Shown here: positions 16,336-24,530 of the stretch, piece after piece
Position numbering within the stretch: position 1 is the first letter of the stretch
Layout of the letters: every line of letters starts with the position of its first letter
NCBI GenBank assembly: GCA_033875315.1
Contig: JANRJG010000014.1
Location: 115,166 to 179,165, forward strand
Source of the DNA: Candidatus Methylacidiphilales bacterium
GTDB taxonomy: Bacteria; Verrucomicrobiota; Verrucomicrobiia; Methylacidiphilales; CAZTYG01
DNA: 64,000 nt
Direction: 5' to 3'
Notes under the pieces: model-generated
Told to the model about the DNA's origin: nothing
Databases searched by the model: none
The model's input: only the letters and a program-made list of their open reading frames with translations
Position numbers and translations under genes: made by a program

Positions 16336-16755
16336 TTACGGGTTGAAGGTTTCGAGGTTGGTTTGGACCAGTCCCTGCGCCGGGATCGGGGGAGGGGCTT
16401 CGCATCCCGCGCGGAGGGCACGGCGGCGGATGCGCGAGAAGACGAAGAGATTGAAGAAGTGGAGGAGGCCGAGGGCCACCAGCACTCCGCCCACTTTTCC
16501 GCTCAGGACTTCCACCCCCGCACGGGTGGTATCAATTTCAAAGGCATAGCGCAGGTTGAGCGCGATGTAGCCCAGGTTGATGAGATAGAATCCGACCACC
16601 AACAGGTGGTTGGTCGAATCGGCCAGTTCGGTGTTCCCGCCGAAGACATCGACCAGGAAGACCCGCCCGCCCTTGTGCAGCGTGCGGGCCACCCAGATGG
16701 TCAGGGCCAGGCTGAGGGTGACGTAGGCGGTGTAAGTCCAGAGGATCGGGGTCAT
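16336..16755 (-). CDS. membrane protein (function unknown)
   Basis: Four hydrophobic helices. ATG at 16753-16755. Lies between the regulator and the DCC gene on the same strand. Confidence 0.6.
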   Translation of the reverse strand: MTPILWTYTAYVTLSLALTIWVARTLHKGGRVFLVDVFGGNTELADSTNHLLVVGFYLINLGYIALNLRYAFEIDTTRAGVEVLSGKVGGVLVALGLLHFFNLFVFSRIRRRALRAGCEAPPPIPAQGLVQTNLETFNP

Positions 16756-16827
16756 GGTCGGGTCTTTCTGTTGATGTTTATGGGAGATTCAGGAAATATT
16801 GAAAATAAGTGGCAAATAAAAAGCGGT

Positions 16828-17349
16828 TCATTTGATCAGTTTCTTGGCCAGGGGAAGGAAGACGCGGGCCGGGCCGGTCGATACTTTGTCCATGACCCCG
16901 TTGGCCAGGGCGACAAAGTCGGCCAGGGCGGTGATTTGTTGGTGGAAGGCGGTGGCGGCATCGCCCTTGAGCCCCTTGGTTTGCTCCTTGCAGCGCTGCA
17001 GCGCCTGGAGCGCGGGTTCGATCTCGCGCCGTTTCCGCTCGCGCACGATGATGGTGAACATCTTCCAGACATCTTTCTCGGCCTCGAAGTATTCCTTTCT
17101 TTCGCCCTTGCGGATCACGCTGCGGACCAGCCCCCACCCACAGAGTTCACGCAGGTTCATGTGGGCATTGCCGCGACTGATCTTCAATTCCTCCATGACC
17201 TCGTCCGTGGTCAGGGCCTGGGGGGTGGTGATGAGCAGGGCATGGATCTGGGCCATGGTGCGGTTGATCCCCCAGGCGCTGCCGATCGTCCCCCACTGGG
17301 TGACGAATTCGTCCCGGGCCTGCTCCAGTGTGGGATGGGGATCGCTCAT
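16828..17349 (-). CDS. GbsR/MarR-type winged-helix transcriptional regulator
   Basis: FVTQWGTIGSAWGINRTMAQIHALL ... LTTDEVMEELKISRGNAHMNLRELCGWGLV. ATG at 17347-17349. Confidence 0.75.
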   Translation of the reverse strand: MSDPHPTLEQARDEFVTQWGTIGSAWGINRTMAQIHALLITTPQALTTDEVMEELKISRGNAHMNLRELCGWGLVRSVIRKGERKEYFEAEKDVWKMFTIIVRERKRREIEPALQALQRCKEQTKGLKGDAATAFHQQITALADFVALANGVMDKVSTGPARVFLPLAKKLIK

Positions 17350-17352
17350 TTG

Positions 17353-17376
17353 TATTTTCAATAAATACTGAAAATA
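17353..17376. promoter_or_regulatory. AT-rich inverted repeat TATTTTCA-N8-TGAAAATA (candidate operator)
   Basis: Perfect 8-bp arms, 4 nt upstream of the regulator start and about 90 nt upstream of the TonB-dependent receptor. A half-site-like TTGAAAATA also occurs near 16797. Confidence 0.35.
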
Positions 17377-17468
17377 CGATAAATGTCAAGCTTCTAGGGC
17401 GCAGGCCCGATGACGGTAAACCAAGACCGGGATTGTCGGAGGGGCACCGGTCCTCCAGCTTGGAGCGC

Positions 17469-19532
17469 ATGTGGATCTGGTCCGGAGTTCTATGGCTGCT
17501 GGTTTGGGTCGGCGCGGCCGCGGCGGTCCAAGAACCGATCGTGGTCCGGGCGGATGCTGACCGGGCGGGGGTCTCACCCACGGTCCCCTCCTCCCGGCTG
17601 GAACTGGAACGGCTGGCCGGTGCGGTCTCGGTGGAGGAACTGGAAAGGGTTCAGGAGGGTGCCCCAGCCACGCTCGCCGACAGTCTTCTCGAAGTCCCCG
17701 GTCTATACAGCCGTTCGCGCAACGGCTCCGCCCAGACGCGCTTTTCCCTCCGCGGCAGCGGCCTGGCCCGAAATGCCGACACCCGCGGGATCGCCCTGCA
17801 GCTCGACGGCCTGCCGCTCAACGTGTCGGATGCCGACTTTGATTTTCTCGGGGCGGTCGAACCCCTCGCCCTTTCCCATGTCCGGGTGTTCCGCAGCGCC
17901 AATTCGGCAGGAGGAGTGACCAACGCGCTGGGTGGTTCGTTGGACTTCATCACCCGGACCGGCCGCGATCTCCCCCAAGCCGAAGCGCGGACGGAATTCG
18001 GCAGCTATGGCAGCTATCGCCAACACGTCGCCGGAGGCTGGGCCACGGATACGGTCGATGGCTTTGCCTCCCTGACCAACTCCACCGCCGATGGCTTCCG
18101 GCAGCACGGCCAATTGAACCGCCAACACGCCACCGTCAACCTCGGCTGGGGTGATCCGGGTCACTGGGAAAACCGTTTGTACTACACCGGATTCCAGAGC
18201 GACGAAGAATTGCCCGGTGCCCTGACCCTGGCGCAGATCGGCCGTGACCGCCGACAGGCCGCCTCCAGCCCGGCCCCCGCCTTCGACCGCGTGCTGGCCG
18301 ATTGGCGCGATGAATTGGTGTGGCACCGCGTGGCCGACCGGTTTGCCTGGCAGGGGACGGACGACCGCATCGAGGGCGGGGCCTGGTTCACCGCTTCCTC
18401 CATCCGCAATCCCCGCAACCGGGTTTTTGACACCGACGGCTGGGACAGCGGGGCGCGCGTGAAGTGGACCCGCGAGGCAGAACTGGCCGGACGTCCACAG
18501 CTCTTTTCCGCAAGCCTGACCGGCGGCGCGGCGGGCAATGAGGAAACGAGCTACGAAAACACCGGCGGGGGCAATCGGGGTGCCGTGGTCGACGACACCA
18601 GGGACCGTTTTGCCAACTCTGACTTGTTCCTCCAGCATGACGTCGAATTCGTCGATCGGTGGCATCTGGTGACCTCGCTCCACATGGGTTACGCCCTGCG
18701 CGCACTCTCAGACCGGGTGGTGGGTGCGGGCGAGCAGCGGACCGCCGACGAAGTCGATTATTTCCTGGTCAATCCGGCCATCGGGGTGGTCTTCCGGCCC
18801 GTGGATGACGTGCAAGTGTATGCCAACGCCGCGCACGCCCAGGAACCCCCGACCCAAGCCGACCTCTACCGGGTGGGTGCCGCCAACTTTTTCCCGCTCG
18901 ATGTCCAGCAATCCACCACTCTGGAAATCGGCTCGCGCGGGACTTTCGGGAAACTGGCCTGGGACGCGGCTTTTTACCACGCCTGGCTGGAGGATGAATA
19001 CCTCATCACCGAGAATGCCCCGGGTTCCACCGACACCCGCAACACACCGGAATCCATCCATCGTGGCATCGAATCGGAAGTGTCCTGGGAATTCCTCCAG
19101 CCGGTGGACAACGTCGCCGGCCATTCGGTGCGGCTGACACAACAGGCCACCTGGAACGACTTCCACCTCGTCGGTGATCCCCAATTCGGCAGCAACCGCA
19201 TCGCCGGGGTGCCGGAAGTGGTCCTGCGCAGCGCTTTGGAGTTGCGACATGGATCCGGCTTTTATCTGGTGCCCGAGGTGCAGGTGCAACCGTTGGGGAT
19301 CCCGGTTGATTATGCCAACAGCTTGAAGAGCGACGCCTTTGCGCTCTTCGGGTTTCGGGCAGGCTATGGCAAACCACAGGGGATACAGGTGTTTTTCGAA
19401 GCGCAGAACCTCGGAGATGATACGTTCATCGCCGACGTCTCCGTCATCGCCGATGCCGGCGGTGCGGACCGGCGGGTTTTCTTCCCGGGAACGGGTCGCG
19501 CCTTCTATGGCGGGGTCTCTTGGAAGTGGTGA
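17469..19532 (+). CDS. TonB-dependent outer-membrane receptor
   Basis: Signal peptide MWIWSGVLWLLVWVGAAAA. Plug motifs (LADSLLEVPGLY, FSLRGSG, LQLDGLPLN). C-terminal FYGGVSWKW, ending in an aromatic residue. Confidence 0.85.
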   Translation: MWIWSGVLWLLVWVGAAAAVQEPIVVRADADRAGVSPTVPSSRLELERLAGAVSVEELERVQEGAPATLADSLLEVPGLYSRSRNGSAQTRFSLRGSGLARNADTRGIALQLDGLPLNVSDADFDFLGAVEPLALSHVRVFRSANSAGGVTNALGGSLDFITRTGRDLPQAEARTEFGSYGSYRQHVAGGWATDTVDGFASLTNSTADGFRQHGQLNRQHATVNLGWGDPGHWENRLYYTGFQSDEELPGALTLAQIGRDRRQAASSPAPAFDRVLADWRDELVWHRVADRFAWQGTDDRIEGGAWFTASSIRNPRNRVFDTDGWDSGARVKWTREAELAGRPQLFSASLTGGAAGNEETSYENTGGGNRGAVVDDTRDRFANSDLFLQHDVEFVDRWHLVTSLHMGYALRALSDRVVGAGEQRTADEVDYFLVNPAIGVVFRPVDDVQVYANAAHAQEPPTQADLYRVGAANFFPLDVQQSTTLEIGSRGTFGKLAWDAAFYHAWLEDEYLITENAPGSTDTRNTPESIHRGIESEVSWEFLQPVDNVAGHSVRLTQQATWNDFHLVGDPQFGSNRIAGVPEVVLRSALELRHGSGFYLVPEVQVQPLGIPVDYANSLKSDAFALFGFRAGYGKPQGIQVFFEAQNLGDDTFIADVSVIADAGGADRRVFFPGTGRAFYGGVSWKW

Positions 19533-19585
19533 GCTCGTAAAAATCGGCGTGCGTTGGCAAAGCGGGGAGGCACAATCCACCGCTC

Positions 19586-20641
19586 ATGACTGCCCCTTCC
19601 CTCACCGGTCAGCCCATCGTGATGGGTGTGCCCGGCCCCGAACTGACCGATGGCCTGCGCGACCTCATCCGCCGCGTCCAGCCCGGTGGGTTCATCCTCT
19701 TCGGACGCAATCTGGCCTCGGCCGAGCAGGTCTACCGGCTCATTTCGGAGTTCTACGAACTCTGCCACCAGACCCCCATTGTGACGATCGACCAGGAAGG
19801 AGGACGGGTTTCGCGCCTCAAGTTGATCGGCCAGGAACCGCCCTCCGGCTACGATCTTTGCCTGGCCGGGCGCGAAGACTGGTGTGAGGAGCATGGTGTG
19901 CTGACGGGACGCTTGCTCAAGCTCTTCGGCTTCAACCTCAATCTCGCCCCGGTGGTCGATTGGAGCATCGATGAGGAGCGGGACAATTCCCTGCGCGGCC
20001 GCTGCCTCGGCCGCACAGTGGAAGAAGTCCAGCGCAACGCCTCGGCCTTCCTAAGGGGAATGGAATCGCAGGGCGTGCGTGGCACGGCCAAGCATTTCCC
20101 GGGCTACACCTACTGCGCCCTCGACCCCCACGGGGAACTGCCTCGCATCGACCGCACCCGCGCCGAAATGGAGAAAGAAGAACTGCAAAGCTTCCGCAAT
20201 TTCCTCCACGCCTCCGCCTTCATGGTCGGGCATGGATTCTTTCCCGCCTGGCACAGCGACGCCCTCCCGGCTTCGCTTTCGCGCAAAGTGGTGACCGATC
20301 TCCTCCGCGGGGAACTGGGCTACCGCGGGCTGGTCATGACCGACGACCTGGAAATGGGCGCCATCGCCAACCATTACCCGAGCGAGTCGGCCACCCGGCT
20401 CGCCATGGAGGCCGGGCATGACATCCTGCTTTACTGCCACAACCCGGCCTGCGTGCAGATCGCGAGTGATGTGTTGGAGTCACTGCCGTCCACCTTGTTG
20501 GAGCCCGCCCTGGCCCGCATCTCCGCCTTCAAAAAAACCGTGGTCTCGATACCGCCGGCCTTCGACGCCCAAGCCTTTGCCGCCATCAACGACGGGATCA
20601 GAGCCCTGCGGGAAAAAGTTCGCGCGCAGGTGGGGAAATGA
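19586..20641 (+). CDS. nagZ: beta-N-acetylhexosaminidase (GH3)
   Basis: GGFILFGRN, IDQEGGRVSRL, KHFPGYT and MTDDLEMGAI. Confidence 0.85.
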   Translation: MTAPSLTGQPIVMGVPGPELTDGLRDLIRRVQPGGFILFGRNLASAEQVYRLISEFYELCHQTPIVTIDQEGGRVSRLKLIGQEPPSGYDLCLAGREDWCEEHGVLTGRLLKLFGFNLNLAPVVDWSIDEERDNSLRGRCLGRTVEEVQRNASAFLRGMESQGVRGTAKHFPGYTYCALDPHGELPRIDRTRAEMEKEELQSFRNFLHASAFMVGHGFFPAWHSDALPASLSRKVVTDLLRGELGYRGLVMTDDLEMGAIANHYPSESATRLAMEAGHDILLYCHNPACVQIASDVLESLPSTLLEPALARISAFKKTVVSIPPAFDAQAFAAINDGIRALREKVRAQVGK

Positions 20642-20943
20642 CCCGGGCCCGACGGCTGGTGGATGCAGTTGTCCAAGAACGACTCTCACAAATCCCGGGG
20701 TGGTCGTTGAAAGACGGCAAGCTCCACCGGGAATTCAAGTTTGCCAATTTCGTGGAAGCCTTTGCGTTCATGACCGCCAGTGCCTTGGAAGCGGAGAAGT
20801 TGAACCACCACCCCGAGTGGTCGAATGTCTGGGCCACGGTCAAAGTCGACCTGACCACCCATCATGCCCAAGGCATCACGGACCTGGATTTTGAATTGGC
20901 CTCGCGCATGGAAGTCCATGCCCGCACCAACGGCGAAGCCTGA
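20638..20943 (+). CDS. 4a-hydroxytetrahydrobiopterin dehydratase (PCD/DCoH)
   Basis: GWSLKDGKLHREFKFANFVEAFAFM ... NHHPEWSNVWATVKVDLTTH. ATGA overlap with nagZ. Confidence 0.85.
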   Translation: MTRARRLVDAVVQERLSQIPGWSLKDGKLHREFKFANFVEAFAFMTASALEAEKLNHHPEWSNVWATVKVDLTTHHAQGITDLDFELASRMEVHARTNGEA

Positions 20944-20961
20944 CGGGCCCGGCCGGGTCCT

Positions 20962-21666
20962 TCACGCGTCGGGCAGATCGATGAGCAGGAATTCCGACTC
21001 TTCGGAGGCTTCGAGGAGCAGATCCGTTTCCCCTTCCACTGCGGCGCCGTCACCAGTGCCCAGAGTTTGCCCGTTCAGCTTCAACGCACCCCGGACGATC
21101 TGGATCCAAGCCTGTCGTGGAGAAGGCAGCGCGTGTGTGACACGGCGACCCGGTTCCAGAATCGAGGCATAGACGACGGCGTCTTGTTGCAGCGTCACCG
21201 ACCCCTCCCGCCCATCCGGGCTCAGGATGGGGTGCAGGCGGTTGAGTTTTTCCTCCCGGCTGAACTGCTTTTCCGCATAACCCGGATCCAGCCCACGGGC
21301 TTTGGGCTTGATCCAGATCTGCAGGAAATGGACAGCCTCGCTGGGCGATGGGTTGAATTCGCTGTGGGCGATGCCACGGCCCGCCGTGATCCGTTGCACG
21401 CCGCCCGCTCGGACGATGCTGCCGTGGCCCATGCTGTCGCGGTGTTGCAAAGCCCCCTCGACCACATAGGAGAAGATTTCCATGTCACGGTGGGGATGGG
21501 TGGGAAAGCCCCCGCCCCCGGCCACCCGGTCGTCGTTGATGACGCGCAAGGGGCCGAATTCGATGTGAGCGGGGTCTTGGTATTCGCCAAAAGAAAAGGT
21601 GTGCCGGCTGTCCAACCAACCGAAGTCGGTATGGCCGCGGTCTGAAGCTTTGCGAAGATGGATCAT
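20962..21666 (-). CDS. pirin family protein
   Basis: RGHTDFGWLDSRHTFSFGEY and FPTHPHRDMEIFSYVVEGALQHRDSMG. ATG at 21664-21666. Confidence 0.85.
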   Translation of the reverse strand: MIHLRKASDRGHTDFGWLDSRHTFSFGEYQDPAHIEFGPLRVINDDRVAGGGGFPTHPHRDMEIFSYVVEGALQHRDSMGHGSIVRAGGVQRITAGRGIAHSEFNPSPSEAVHFLQIWIKPKARGLDPGYAEKQFSREEKLNRLHPILSPDGREGSVTLQQDAVVYASILEPGRRVTHALPSPRQAWIQIVRGALKLNGQTLGTGDGAAVEGETDLLLEASEESEFLLIDLPDA

Positions 21667-21715
21667 GGTGGTGATTTCCGGTTGAACGTTCGGGTTAGGG
21701 TTCAAGAGAAGTCCT

Positions 21716-22174
21716 TCACAGGCGTCGGGCGATCAGCCGGTCGAGCGACCAGCGGCCAGCACCCCCGATGACCACGGCGAGGGAGGCGCCGGCCAGAAGG
21801 ATGTGGTATTCGATCCCATGGGCCCCCTGTTGGGTATTCATCCAGTCGATGAAGAATCCGTTTTGGATATGGGCCATGAAGGCGGCGGTGGCGATGGTGA
21901 AACCGATGCCGAAGGCGGCGATGCGGCTGGTCAAGCCCAGCACCAAGGCCAACGGGGCGAGGAATTCCGCGGCGATGGCCAGCAGGGCGAAGACATAGGG
22001 AATGCCAAGTTTGCTGGTAAAGAAGCCCATGGTTCCCTCAAATCCGTAGCCACCCCACCACCCGAGGGCCTTTTGCGCACCATGTGGGAAGATGGCGATG
22101 GCCACAATGAGCCGGAGGACCAGCAGGTGGAGGGCGTTTTCAGTTTGGAGGAGTTGTTGGAGGATTTTTTTCAT
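21716..22174 (-). CDS. DoxX family membrane protein
   Basis: LRLIVAIAIFPHGAQKALGWWGGYG, four TM helices. ATG at 22172-22174. Confidence 0.8.
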   Translation of the reverse strand: MKKILQQLLQTENALHLLVLRLIVAIAIFPHGAQKALGWWGGYGFEGTMGFFTSKLGIPYVFALLAIAAEFLAPLALVLGLTSRIAAFGIGFTIATAAFMAHIQNGFFIDWMNTQQGAHGIEYHILLAGASLAVVIGGAGRWSLDRLIARRL

Positions 22175-22206
22175 GATTTTTGGATTGGATGGTTTGGGTG
22201 GGTGAA

Positions 22207-22836
22207 TCAAAGGCTGGCGGCAGCCGCGGCCAGGGCAGGTTGGAGGGCGGTTCGGGAGGCTTCCTGAACATCAGCCGGAGCGAGGGTGGGCTCGACCAGA
22301 ACATCGGTCACATCGGACACCCCGATGAATCCGAGAAGCTGACGCACGGTCCGGGTCTGGAGGTCATAAGCCTCGGCTCCGGTTCCGGGCCCGTAGGCCC
22401 CGCCGCGGGCGTAAACCACGACGGCTTTTTTGCCAGCAACCAGACCGGTGTAACCCGTTTCGGGCGAATAGCTGAAAGTCAAACCCGGCTGGATGACCAG
22501 ATCGAAGTAATGCTTCAGGATGTAGGGAACGCTGAAGTTCCACATCGGCGTGGAAATAACGATGGCGTCCGCCGAAGTGAGCTGGGCGGCGTAGCCGGCG
22601 ATGATGTCCCAGGCAGCCTTCTCCGCGTCCGTATGAGGCAGGCCGTGGAGGATGGCGTATTTGGCGTCAAGAGCCGCTTCATTGAAGGGCGGGAGTTCCG
22701 CCGACCAAAGATCGAGCGTTTCCACATTTCCATCGGGGTGGCTTTGCCGCCAAAGGTCGATCAGTTGGCGGGCGGCCGCGAGGGAATGTGAACGCTGTTT
22801 GCGCGGGGAGGCTTCAATATGGAGGAGTTTTTTCAT
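22207..22836 (-). CDS. azoR: FMN-dependent NADH-azoreductase
   Basis: MKKLLHIEASPR, ADAIVISTPMWNFSVPYILKHYFD. Confidence 0.85.
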   Translation of the reverse strand: MKKLLHIEASPRKQRSHSLAAARQLIDLWRQSHPDGNVETLDLWSAELPPFNEAALDAKYAILHGLPHTDAEKAAWDIIAGYAAQLTSADAIVISTPMWNFSVPYILKHYFDLVIQPGLTFSYSPETGYTGLVAGKKAVVVYARGGAYGPGTGAEAYDLQTRTVRQLLGFIGVSDVTDVLVEPTLAPADVQEASRTALQPALAAAAASL

Positions 22837-22908
22837 AAGGGGTTTCGGGGGTTGGGGTTTGGGGATGCTTGGGATGGCAGGAGGTGATTCATTTAACTTA
22901 GTGGATGT

Positions 22909-22926
22909 TATCTTGATATCAAGATA
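22909..22926. promoter_or_regulatory. perfect 18-bp palindrome TATCTTGATATCAAGATA (candidate MarR operator upstream of azoR)
   Basis: Located between the marR stop (22939) and the azoR start (22836). A 16/18 related copy lies at 23445-23462. Confidence 0.5.
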
Positions 22927-22938
22927 TGAGGGTAAAAT

Positions 22939-23424
22939 TCACACATCGTTGAAGGTATTGGCCCCGGCGGGTCGCTGGGGGGCTTGGATGGTCTCGGCGT
23001 GGCGTCCCAGTTTGGTCAGCAGCCGGACCAGTTGGCGGCGCTCGTCCGAGCCAAGAACGTCCGAGAGCAAATCGAGCCGCTGTGCGTGCTCCCGGTAGAC
23101 GCGTTCAATGAGAAGACGTCCCTTCGGGGTCAGTTCGACCAGAGTGACCCGGGCGTCGTCGTCGGATTCCTGGCGGCGCACCAACTTTTTGCCTTCGAGG
23201 CGGTCGACCGCCGTGCTGATGGAGCCGCTGGTCAGGTGCACCTTGCGTCCGATGGTGTTCACCGGAAGGGGTCCCCGGTGGAGGCAGACTTCCAGGACCG
23301 CAAAATCAGAAAAACCCAAGCCAGTCGCGCCAATGGAGGAACGATCGTAGGATTCGACCGCTTTCCATGACTTCCACAGAGCGAGGAATACCCGGGCTCC
23401 GTTGGCGGATGCGCTTTTGCTCAT
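22939..23424 (-). CDS. MarR family transcriptional regulator
   Basis: FAVLEVCLHRGPLPVNTIGRKVHLTSGSISTAVDRLEGKKLVRR (winged HTH), 161 aa. Confidence 0.8.
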   Translation of the reverse strand: MSKSASANGARVFLALWKSWKAVESYDRSSIGATGLGFSDFAVLEVCLHRGPLPVNTIGRKVHLTSGSISTAVDRLEGKKLVRRQESDDDARVTLVELTPKGRLLIERVYREHAQRLDLLSDVLGSDERRQLVRLLTKLGRHAETIQAPQRPAGANTFNDV

Positions 23425-23444
23425 GTGCCCAACCTAAACAAATA

Positions 23445-23462
23445 TATCTTCACGTCAAGATA
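23445..23462. promoter_or_regulatory. imperfect palindrome TATCTTCACGTCAAGATA (candidate MarR autoregulatory operator)
   Basis: Starts 21 nt upstream of the marR ATG. Shares TATCTT / AAGATA half-sites with the 22909 palindrome. Confidence 0.45.
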
Positions 23463-23493
23463 ATTTGAAGAGAGCGGAATCAGCCAGGGCAGA

Positions 23494-24399
23494 TCAGGCT
23501 GGGGCTTGCTTTTGTTTGGGGAGTTTCTGCGCGGCGGCCCGGGCCCTGAGGGCTGAGAGGAAGCGGGAGGCCAGCGGGGTGAGTGAACCCTTCCAGAGTG
23601 CGGCGACCGGAAGGGTGGGGAAACCCTGAAGCGCCAGGGCGCGGACTCCGGGGACGGGTGGAGCGGCGGGGGAGGCGGCTGAAAGGCCGGCCCCTATGCC
23701 GAGGGCGACGTAACGCCCGGCAAGTTCGGTCGAATTGACCTCGATGCTGACGGGCCAACGGAGGCCTTTTTCACGCAGGGTGGTTTGAAACAACCTGCTG
23801 AGAAGCTCGTGGTCCGGCAGGGCTACCAACGGGACCTTTCCGGCCGCCCCATCTCGGATCACATCGACCGACCTTTTGTAGGGACTGCGGGATTGGACCA
23901 GGATCAAGAGGGGCAGATCGATCAGCTTATCGACTTTGAGCCCTGCCGGCGGGCGTGTCTCCATGACAGCAACAGCCAGATCAACCTCGCCGCGCAGCAG
24001 TAGATCTTGGGCCGTGCGCTGGTCGGCTTCGATCAGACGAAGTTTTGCACCCGGTTCCTCCCGTTGGAGCCGGGTGAGCAGCTCGGGCAGGTGATCCCGC
24101 ATCAACTGGGTGGGGCCGGCCAGCCTCAATTGGCGCAAGACCCTGCCTTTGAGGGAGGATTCGACATCCGCCAAACCGGCAAAAAATGGACTGATGAAAG
24201 CGAAAAGCTCCGCCCCGGCCGTTGTCAGCTGGAAGGGTTTCCGCTCGAAGAGGCGTGCGCCGACCGATTCCTCCAGCTTGATCAATTGGGAGCTCACCGC
24301 CGGTTGTTGCACGCCATAGGGGATATGACGGCAGGCGGCGACAATCCCGCGATGCTTGGCCACGTAGTAAAAAAGTTCGAGGTGGTGGGGATTCATCAT
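23494..24399 (-). CDS. LysR family transcriptional regulator
   Basis: MNPHHLELFYYVAKHRGIVAACRHIPYGVQQPAVSSQLIKLEE (LysR HTH) plus a substrate-binding domain. Confidence 0.85.
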   Translation of the reverse strand: MMNPHHLELFYYVAKHRGIVAACRHIPYGVQQPAVSSQLIKLEESVGARLFERKPFQLTTAGAELFAFISPFFAGLADVESSLKGRVLRQLRLAGPTQLMRDHLPELLTRLQREEPGAKLRLIEADQRTAQDLLLRGEVDLAVAVMETRPPAGLKVDKLIDLPLLILVQSRSPYKRSVDVIRDGAAGKVPLVALPDHELLSRLFQTTLREKGLRWPVSIEVNSTELAGRYVALGIGAGLSAASPAAPPVPGVRALALQGFPTLPVAALWKGSLTPLASRFLSALRARAAAQKLPKQKQAPA

Positions 24400-24459
24400 C
24401 GTCCGTCCGCTCCGTTCTGCGTCCGGCCGGCTTGGCCCCTTGGCAAGCAGATGCCAGAC

Positions 24460-24474
24460 ATTGATAGAATCAAT
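24460..24474. promoter_or_regulatory. ATTGAT-AGA-ATCAAT dyad (LysR-type T-N11-A-like box)
   Basis: Perfect 6-bp arms in the divergent region between lysR (24399) and the aas fusion gene (24531). Confidence 0.4.
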
Positions 24475-24530
24475 ACTACAATACAGATTATCGATTGGAA
24501 GTATTTTTCAAAACCACGCAGGGTGGACGC

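Noticed and set aside
17362-17468. Possible cobalamin or other riboswitch upstream of the TonB-dependent receptor
   Set aside because: The leader is only about 100 nt, and I did not see a B12-box-like GCCACTG element or other recognisable riboswitch core.
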